DNA of 64,000 bases from an uncultured Eubacteriales bacterium (lineage in GTDB: Bacteria > Bacillota > Clostridia > RGIG6154): NCBI GenBank assembly GCA_964492155.1, contig CAZBJD010000001.1:5729-69728 (forward strand), written 5' to 3'. This document shows positions 57,314 through 64,000 of the stretch, piece after piece. Positions within the stretch are counted from its first letter, which is position 1; each line of letters starts with the position of its first letter. The position numbers were made by a program, and so were the translations under genes. The notes below the pieces were generated by a model. That model saw only the letters and a program-made list of their open reading frames with translations, was not told the origin of the DNA and searched no databases.

Positions 57314-57349
57314 AAGGAGATGATTTTTATAGTCATCTCCCTTTTTTTC
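57314..57349. terminator. Bidirectional intrinsic terminator between the recombinase and amidase genes.
   Basis: ggagatga/tcatctcc stem followed by T7. Confidence 0.65.
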
Positions 57350-57353
57350 AGGG

Positions 57354-57926
57354 CTACAATCGATTGTATCCAAAGAAATTCAATATGCCGTCGTAAATTG
57401 CAGCTGCAAATTCATATTGGTCATTTTTAAGTTTTTCTGCATCTCCCGGATTAGTTATAAATGCAAGCTCAATTAACATTGCCGGCATTTGTGTCCTTCT
57501 CAACACGAAAAATGTTTTATTAATTTTAACACCATTGTTCTTAGTTCCAAGTTGAGTGGTGATTTGTGTTAAAATGTTTTCTGCCATATAATAAATCGGT
57601 GTTCCTTCGCTATATACATATATTTCTGTACCGTTAAATACAGGATTTTCAGCAGCGTTAGCGTGTATACTGATAAAGTAGTCCGCCCCCCAGGAATTCG
57701 CCATATTGACTCTTTCTTGAAGACTGCTTGTATTGTTATATCCCAACGAATCTGTAGGTGTATTTCTTGATGTTATTGCATCAAACCGATAATCACTGTT
57801 AAGTAAATCTCTTAAAAAAATACCGACATTGTATGTTACATCTTGTTCTCTGAGCCCGTTACCTTCTGCGCCGGCATTAACATTTTCAGGATTATGCCCC
57901 TGATCAATAAAAATTTTAATTGCCAT
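57354..57926 (-). CDS. N-acetylmuramoyl-L-alanine amidase (Amidase_3), CwlD-like.
   Basis: …IFIDQGHNP…ISIHANA… Zn-ligand blocks. Start at MAIKIF after GGGAGAG (the ORF track extends to 57968). Confidence 0.75.
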   Translation of the reverse strand: MAIKIFIDQGHNPENVNAGAEGNGLREQDVTYNVGIFLRDLLNSDYRFDAITSRNTPTDSLGYNNTSSLQERVNMANSWGADYFISIHANAAENPVFNGTEIYVYSEGTPIYYMAENILTQITTQLGTKNNGVKINKTFFVLRRTQMPAMLIELAFITNPGDAEKLKNDQYEFAAAIYDGILNFFGYNRL

Positions 57927-57980
57927 TATATCTCTCCCTTTCAATATTAATATATTTAAATTTATCAAAAAAGTGAGAAC

Positions 57981-58024
57981 AAAAAATCAGATGTCAAACG
58001 ATAGTTTGGCATCTGATTTTTTTA
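57981..58024 (-). terminator. Intrinsic terminator of the SASP gene.
   Basis: aatcagatgtcaaa/tttggcatctgatt, flanked by an A-run and a T-run. Confidence 0.6.
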
Positions 58025-58034
58025 TACTTTGTTG

Positions 58035-58235
58035 TTATTTAATTGAATTTTCATAAGATTCAATCATTTTTTTAACCATCTGACCACCTACAGAACCAGC
58101 CTGCTTAGATGTTAAATCACCATTGTAACCTTGTTTAAGATTAACACCCACTTCGTTGGCAGCTTCCATTTTAAACTGATCTAAAGCAGCTCTTGCTTCA
58201 GGAACTACGACTTTACTTTTTCTTGACATTTTCAT
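58035..58235 (-). CDS. Alpha/beta-type small acid-soluble spore protein.
   Basis: …EAANEVGVNL…GSVGGQMVKKMIE… SASP signature. Confidence 0.85.
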   Translation of the reverse strand: MKMSRKSKVVVPEARAALDQFKMEAANEVGVNLKQGYNGDLTSKQAGSVGGQMVKKMIESYENSIK

Positions 58236-58339
58236 GACACTCCTTAAATAATTTAGTGATTTTCATCACGATAATATTGTCTGCAGCATCAATTTAAATA
58301 TCCAAGAATGTTTTTCAAAAAGTAATAAATTCTGCCAAA

Positions 58340-58855
58340 TCACAATGATTTTACATAAACATTTTCAATTTCGGCAATAAACATCGTATGAACATCATCA
58401 TTAGGATACTTTTTTTCTGCAAAAACACTATCACAGAAACAATCTTTGCTCATTTTTTGCACATATAAAGTATTGCATTCAAAAACATATTTTGATTCTT
58501 TGAAAGCAATCAGATTATCATTAAATTTTATCGGCTGTAAGCTTGTTTCAGCAACTTTATCGCAATCTCTTCCTGATTTTGAGCCGCAAAAACTATATAC
58601 ATCATTGTATCCGTCTGATAAAAAATTTAGTGTAAATTTAGGGTTTTTCGTTAAATACTCATACGTATATCTTGATGGTCTGACAACAATGTTAACTACA
58701 TTTTTGTACCACATTACCCCGCAAAATCCCCAGCTTGCGGTCATCATATTAATTTTTTGTCCATCATCCACCGTTATCAAGGCATAGTCGTCGCCAATCA
58801 GTTTAAAGAAATTTTCATCAAACTCCTTAATGTCGATAGTTTTAAAATTTTGCAT
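58340..58855 (-). CDS. Flavin-reductase-like (FMN-binding split-barrel) protein.
   Basis: 171 aa with the family fold signature (…ALITVDDG…MTASWG…). Confidence 0.6.
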   Translation of the reverse strand: MQNFKTIDIKEFDENFFKLIGDDYALITVDDGQKINMMTASWGFCGVMWYKNVVNIVVRPSRYTYEYLTKNPKFTLNFLSDGYNDVYSFCGSKSGRDCDKVAETSLQPIKFNDNLIAFKESKYVFECNTLYVQKMSKDCFCDSVFAEKKYPNDDVHTMFIAEIENVYVKSL

Positions 58856-58870
58856 AAAATCAACCTTTCG

Positions 58871-61800
58871 TTAAATATTGCTTATTTCTGTTAATATTCT
58901 AAGAATATCCTTACATATATTGCTCGCTAACAATTTTTGTGGTTTAAACACAAACAAAGGTTCAGGTGTACTTGTAAGATACATTTCAACGCGATTATTA
59001 GATATATAACTAATAATTTTGTCCATCGGAGATTCTTTTGTAAGTTTGAAATAAAACACTTCTCCCTTTTGCGAAATATCAGTAATGTTTAAAGTTTTTG
59101 CTGAATTTCGTATCAAGACGCTATCTATAAGATTAATCACACTTTTGGGAGGCTCGCCAAAGCGATCAATCAACTCGTCAACCATTTTAAGTGACTCATC
59201 AAAGTCTTCAATTGATGCAATAGCTTTATATACATCCATTCTGGTGAGCTGATCTTCAATGTATGTCGAAGGAATAAAGTTACTTACCGACAAATCAATT
59301 GTAACAGGAATTTCCTCAACAATTTCCTTATTTTCCTTTAAGCGACGCACTGCAGTATCCAATAATTTACAGTACAATTCATACCCAACCTGATTCATAT
59401 GTCCATGCTGCCGTTTACCAAGAACATTTCCGGCACCACGAATTTCCAAATCACGCATAGCAATTTTTATTCCCGAACCAAATTCAGTAAACTCTTTAAT
59501 TGCTTTAAGCCTTTTTTCAGCAACTTCGTCTAAAATTTTATTCTTTCGTACCATTAAATATGCATATGCCAATCTTGATGATCTGCCAACTCTGCCTCTT
59601 AATTGATACAGTTGTGACAGTCCGAATTTATCAGCATCTTCAATTATCATAGTATTCATATTTGGAATGTCTAATCCCGTTTCAACAATTGTCGTGCAAA
59701 CCAAAACATCATATTCTTTATTGAGTACAGAAAGCATTACATTTTCCAGCTCTTTTTCACTCATTTTTCCGTGTGCATATATAATTCTGGCATCAGGAAG
59801 CATTACAGACAGCCTAACTGCAACTCTTTCTATCCCCTCTACCCTATTATACAGATAATAAACCTGACCGTTTCTGGCAAGTTCACGTCTGATAGCATTT
59901 TTTACAGTATTTTCATCATATTCCATTACATAAGTCTGAACCGGATATCTATTACTCGGCGGGTCATTTAATACGCTCATATCTCTAAGACCGGTCATAG
60001 CCATATTCAACGTTCTGGGGATGGGTGTAGCAGTTAGTGTAAGTACATCAATGTTATTTTTAATCTCCTTGATTTTTTCCTTATGAGCAACGCCAAAGCG
60101 TTGTTCTTCATCTATGATTAATAATCCCAAATCTTTAAACTCAACGTCATTTTGCAATATTCTGTGTGTTCCGATAATTATATCAACATTGCCTTTTTTT
60201 AATTCTTCTAAAATTACTTTTTGCTGATTTTTACTCTTAAACCTACTTAGCATTTCAACTTTTATCGGAAAATCTTTCATTCTTTGAACAAATGTTTCGT
60301 AATGTTGTCTTGCAAGCAATGTCGTCGGGACAAGATATGCTACTTGTTTTGAGTCAAGAACAGCCTTAAATGCTGCACGAATCGCAACTTCTGTCTTACC
60401 GTAACCGACATCCCCACACAAAAGTCTGTCCATCGGTTTACCCGATTCCATATCGCGTTTCACATCTTTAATTGCTTTCATCTGATCTTCAGTTTCGCTA
60501 TAAATAAATGTGTCCTCAAATTCATATTGATAGTCGCAGTCAGGTGAAAAAGAAAATCCGGGCGTGTTTTCTCGTTTTGCATATAAATCTATCAAATCTT
60601 TTGCAAGTGTTTCAACAGACTCACTAACCTTCTTCTTTGTGGCAGACCACTCACTTCCGCCAAGCTTGTTAACCTTAACCCCTGTCTCTGCACCAATATA
60701 TTTATTCACCATATCAAGCTGGTTAACAGGTACATATAGCATATCTGCGCCTTTATATTGAATCTTAAGGTAATCTTTTACCACATTATCAACTGTCAGT
60801 TGATGTATCCCTTTATATACACCAATTCCATGGACATAATGTACAACATAGTCACCAACACTGATATCTGCAATATTTTTTATATTGCTTTTTCTTTTTA
60901 AAATCTTTTTAGTTTTAGGTACACCGGCAACAAGTTCATTATCTGAAAAAAAAGCACACAAAGTCAAGGGATATTCAAAGCCTAATCGCAAATTACCATA
61001 GACAAGCGTTGCAATCCCCCTTTTAGGCATACCTTTCGGATTGCACTCACATTGAATATTATTTTCCGTCAACACATTTTTAAGAACCTTCATTTTAGAT
61101 TCAGTACCGCACGGAATTATCACTCTGTACAAATTATTTAAATAATGCAACAGGTCATCACATAACAAAGAAATATTACCATTATATGTTGGCATAGATT
61201 TTGCAGTTATACTATAAATTGCCTTTGGCGATAAACCACGGGAACTGGTTGAAAGATTAGATAATCCAACAATGGGATTTTTGCCGAAAGATTTAAAAAC
61301 ATCTCCATAACTATAAAAATAATAGTCTATTTTAGCGAGTTCATTTTTAGGAATAAGTCCATTATCCAAAGCCTCAGATATACTGTCAGCCACATCTTTA
61401 ACAGTGTTATTGTAATAATCTTCAATATGGTGAGGTTCGTCATAAAATGCAATGTAATCACTCATATAGTGACTCAGGATGGAAGCGTTTACGGCAGTGT
61501 TTTCGTTTGCAGGCGGGATAATAGCTTTATCAACTTTCTCAGTTGATAACTGAGTATCGGGATCATAAGTTTTAATTGAGTCTATTTCATCATCCCAAAA
61601 CTCGATACGATACGGAAGATTGTTATTATATGTGAACACATCAACTATACCGCCGCGCACTGCAAATTGCCCCTGATATTCAGCATTGGCTTCTCTTTTA
61701 TACCCGACAGCGCTAAGGCACGAAATCAGCTTTTCTATATCAAAAATGTCACCGGTTTTCACAACTATTGTATTTGCTTTAAATTTATCAATTTCACAAG

Positions 61801-62179
61801 TTTTTTGTGACAGTGCCTCAATTGTAGTAACAATCAACGGATGTTTTTCTTCCAGGACTTTACACAATGTTTTTATACGTTCTTTAGTACTATCATTACT
61901 TTTCGCGTCGATTGAATGAAAAACAATATCCCTCGCCGGGAAAAATAAAACATCATCAGTAAAAAACGATAAATCCTGAAACACAAATTTTGCAGTTAAC
62001 GAGTCCGGTGCTATATACAGCATTCCTTTTGAAAGTTCTTTGCACAAAGAAAATGCCAGATGCACTTTTTGCGTCTCGCATGTTCCTGTTATTCTGATTG
62101 GAGAAATCCCTGATTTTAAAGAATTCAGAACCGTATTAAACTGTTCCTGCTCCCTCAAAATTTCGGCATACAAATTCAT
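58871..62179 (-). CDS. mfd: Transcription-repair coupling factor.
   Basis: 1102 aa. UvrB-like N-terminal region, superfamily 2 helicase motifs ([17 protein letters not shown]), TRCF C-terminal region. Confidence 0.9.
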   Translation of the reverse strand: MNLYAEILREQEQFNTVLNSLKSGISPIRITGTCETQKVHLAFSLCKELSKGMLYIAPDSLTAKFVFQDLSFFTDDVLFFPARDIVFHSIDAKSNDSTKERIKTLCKVLEEKHPLIVTTIEALSQKTCEIDKFKANTIVVKTGDIFDIEKLISCLSAVGYKREANAEYQGQFAVRGGIVDVFTYNNNLPYRIEFWDDEIDSIKTYDPDTQLSTEKVDKAIIPPANENTAVNASILSHYMSDYIAFYDEPHHIEDYYNNTVKDVADSISEALDNGLIPKNELAKIDYYFYSYGDVFKSFGKNPIVGLSNLSTSSRGLSPKAIYSITAKSMPTYNGNISLLCDDLLHYLNNLYRVIIPCGTESKMKVLKNVLTENNIQCECNPKGMPKRGIATLVYGNLRLGFEYPLTLCAFFSDNELVAGVPKTKKILKRKSNIKNIADISVGDYVVHYVHGIGVYKGIHQLTVDNVVKDYLKIQYKGADMLYVPVNQLDMVNKYIGAETGVKVNKLGGSEWSATKKKVSESVETLAKDLIDLYAKRENTPGFSFSPDCDYQYEFEDTFIYSETEDQMKAIKDVKRDMESGKPMDRLLCGDVGYGKTEVAIRAAFKAVLDSKQVAYLVPTTLLARQHYETFVQRMKDFPIKVEMLSRFKSKNQQKVILEELKKGNVDIIIGTHRILQNDVEFKDLGLLIIDEEQRFGVAHKEKIKEIKNNIDVLTLTATPIPRTLNMAMTGLRDMSVLNDPPSNRYPVQTYVMEYDENTVKNAIRRELARNGQVYYLYNRVEGIERVAVRLSVMLPDARIIYAHGKMSEKELENVMLSVLNKEYDVLVCTTIVETGLDIPNMNTMIIEDADKFGLSQLYQLRGRVGRSSRLAYAYLMVRKNKILDEVAEKRLKAIKEFTEFGSGIKIAMRDLEIRGAGNVLGKRQHGHMNQVGYELYCKLLDTAVRRLKENKEIVEEIPVTIDLSVSNFIPSTYIEDQLTRMDVYKAIASIEDFDESLKMVDELIDRFGEPPKSVINLIDSVLIRNSAKTLNITDISQKGEVFYFKLTKESPMDKIISYISNNRVEMYLTSTPEPLFVFKPQKLLASNICKDILRILTEISNI

Positions 62180-62751
62180 TCCTGACTCCTTATAAAATTA
62201 TACTTGTTCATTGCTGACTGAATCCCGTTAGTTATAAATTCCTCAACAGCCAGGTTTGCCTTTTCAAATGTATCAAACATTACCTTTTGTTCAGTCGAAG
62301 TAAACTTACCAAGGACATAATCAGCTAAATTATATTCTGACGGTTTTTCATTAATTCCAAGTTTAAAACGCGGAAATTCATCGCTATTTAAATTTAAAAT
62401 TATAGATTTAATACCATTATGTCCACCGGCACTCCCCTTTTCGCGAATTCTGAGGCTGCCGGCCGGCATACTGACATCATCATAAATTACAATAATATTT
62501 TTTTGTTCTACCTTGTACCAGGAAACTAATTCTCTTATACTCTCGCCGCTTAAGTTCATAAAAGTCTGCGGCTTTGCAAGAACAACTTTTTTACCTGAAA
62601 TAATTCCTTCACCAATCATAGCCTTATGTTTTAATTTCTTTATCTCTATATTGTGTTTCTGGCTAATATAATCAATTGCTAAAAAACCGGCATTGTGCCT
62701 GGTAAAAGTATATTTATCTCCGGGATTTCCCAATCCGACAATCAAATACAT
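62176..62751 (-). CDS. pth: Peptidyl-tRNA hydrolase.
   Basis: MYLIVGLGNPG…HNAGF signature. Confidence 0.9.
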   Translation of the reverse strand: MYLIVGLGNPGDKYTFTRHNAGFLAIDYISQKHNIEIKKLKHKAMIGEGIISGKKVVLAKPQTFMNLSGESIRELVSWYKVEQKNIIVIYDDVSMPAGSLRIREKGSAGGHNGIKSIILNLNSDEFPRFKLGINEKPSEYNLADYVLGKFTSTEQKVMFDTFEKANLAVEEFITNGIQSAMNKYNFIRSQE

Positions 62752-62753
62752 AG

Positions 62754-63824
62754 TTACTTACGTTCCTTTATCACAGAATTAATTACATTTAAAATTTTAT
62801 CAGTACTTTTTAATACATCGGTATTTTCCTGATTAAAAATATATTTATCTTTATTGTTATACAGTGTCATAACTTTATCAAAAAAGTTGTCAACATTGAG
62901 TTCTTCCTCCTCTATATAGTCTGCATAACCCGATTTTGAAAAAGACTTAGCATTTAATATCTGGTCTCCGCGACTCGCTTTTTTAGAAAGCGGTATTAAT
63001 AGCATAGGTTTATTTAGAGCCAGAAGTTCGAAAATAGTTGTGGAACCTGCTCGAGATACAAAAAGTTCTGTAGCAGCAAAAATATCTTTAAGTTCATCTG
63101 AAACATAATCAAGCTGGCAATATCCTTCAACATTCAACAGAGTTTCCTCAATCTTACCTTTTCCGCAAATATGACATATATTAAATATATTTAACAGCTC
63201 TTGTAAATTCGCCCGAACAACTTTATTTAAAAATGCCGAGCCCTGACTCCCGCCAATTACGGTAAGAACAGGCTTGTTATTAGAAAAACCGCAGAATGAA
63301 ATTCCGACATCCTTGCTACCGGATGTCAATTCATTTCTTACAGGCAAGCCGGTGTATACGCTTTTTTCTGAAGGAATAAACTTTGCAGTTTCCGGAAATG
63401 CATAGCAAATTCTTGTTGCAAAAGGCACACATAATTTATTTGCAAGCCCCGGTGAAAAATCAGACTCATGCAGCACCACAGGAATCTTAAGTTTAGACGC
63501 TGCCCAAACAACAGGGCAAGATACAAAACCGCCTTTGCTGAAAACCACATCCGGTTTTTCTTTCTTCAAAATTTTGTGTGCCTGAAAAAAACCTTTGCAA
63601 ATTTTAGAAATATCTTTAATATTTTCGACATCTATATAACGTCTGAGTTTTCCTGCCTCAATTTCAAAAAAAGGCACATTTTGTTCATTGATGAGTTCAA
63701 ACTCCAATCCTTTTTTTGTTCCAAGGTATATAATTTCAAATCCTTGATTTTTAAGCTCCGGGAACATTGCAATATTGGGCGTAACGTGGCCCGATGTTCC
63801 ACCACCGGTCATAGCAATTTTCAA
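62754..63824 (-). CDS. murG: MurG-like GT28 N-acetylglucosaminyltransferase.
   Basis: G-loop MTGGGTSGHV. TTG start after AAAGGAGAG. Confidence 0.75.
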   Translation of the reverse strand: MKIAMTGGGTSGHVTPNIAMFPELKNQGFEIIYLGTKKGLEFELINEQNVPFFEIEAGKLRRYIDVENIKDISKICKGFFQAHKILKKEKPDVVFSKGGFVSCPVVWAASKLKIPVVLHESDFSPGLANKLCVPFATRICYAFPETAKFIPSEKSVYTGLPVRNELTSGSKDVGISFCGFSNNKPVLTVIGGSQGSAFLNKVVRANLQELLNIFNICHICGKGKIEETLLNVEGYCQLDYVSDELKDIFAATELFVSRAGSTTIFELLALNKPMLLIPLSKKASRGDQILNAKSFSKSGYADYIEEEELNVDNFFDKVMTLYNNKDKYIFNQENTDVLKSTDKILNVINSVIKERK

Positions 63825-63839
63825 GAATATCTCTCCTTT

Positions 63840-64000
63840 TTACTTAATTCTGTCCTTAGGCTTTGTCCACCCGGTTTTATTTATCTGCCTTTCTCGTGCA
63901 ATCGCGAAGCCGTTCTCGGGCACCTCATCAGTTATAGTTGAACCCGCAGCAATAAATGCGTTGTGACCTACTTTTACGGGTGATACCAGATTTGTGTTGC
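63840..64000 (-). CDS. glmU: GlmU, C-terminal acetyltransferase (left-handed beta-helix) fragment. The 5' end lies outside the window.
   Basis: C-terminal …[37 protein letters not shown]… aligns with the B. subtilis GcaD tail. Confidence 0.75.
   Translation of the reverse strand, partial: NTNLVSPVKVGHNAFIAAGSTITDEVPENGFAIARERQINKTGWTKPKDRIK

Noticed and set aside
1-64000. CRISPR arrays, cas genes, transposases, prophage or other obvious mobile elements.
   Set aside because: I saw no direct-repeat/spacer array longer than 2 units. No transposase, terminase or capsid-like ORFs. The only recombinase is an isolated Xer-type gene with no flanking phage genes or obvious attachment-site repeats.

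Overview
The window is an AT-rich chromosomal segment from a spore-forming, hydrogen-producing anaerobe of the Firmicutes/Clostridia type. It is almost entirely coding, with about 90 genes.

Gene content, in order along the window:
- Hexuronate catabolism: a partial sugar ABC permease, an AraC-family regulator, and a uxaB-uxaA-uxaC operon.
- Sporulation, mother-cell side: an intact sigK, a DUF421/DUF4363 pair, a complete spoIIIAA-AH operon, and an Asp23 - SEDS - class B PBP trio.
- A lone hydG maturase.
- A block of small ORFs of unknown function. It contains a tiny hydrophobic peptide gene and a perfect 11-bp hairpin.
- A divergent type IIA topoisomerase B/A pair.
- Envelope genes: yajC, ireB, murJ, a Wzy_C-type ligase, a GT4 glycosyltransferase and two tandem DUF4330-like paralogs.
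- Two tRNA-Arg genes.
- spoIIGA-sigE and spoIID.
- Housekeeping genes: citrate synthase, rluB, an RpiR regulator, an HI0933-family flavoprotein, cmk, plsC, an ispH-S1 fusion, ahcY, lon, engB and hisS.
- A five-gene putative H2/redox-sensing module: DRTGG, a GHKL-type ATPase, a HydA-like protein with altered H-cluster motifs, a second DRTGG protein and a PHP-domain protein.
- Directly downstream, a hydC - GHKL-like - ferredoxin-like - hydB - hydA electron-bifurcating [FeFe]-hydrogenase operon.
- rpmE, a tyrosine recombinase with its own consensus promoter, a CwlD-like amidase, an alpha/beta-type SASP, a flavin reductase, mfd, pth, a MurG-like gene and partial glmU.

I found no CRISPR array, transposase or prophage.

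The most unusual features:
- The hydrogenase-linked sensory module.
- An apparent Cys-to-Ser change in motif L1 of the catalytic HydA.
- The small-ORF/hairpin locus carrying a sigmaK-like promoter.
- The tandem DUF4330-like pair.
- Inverted-repeat structure upstream of the recombinase gene.
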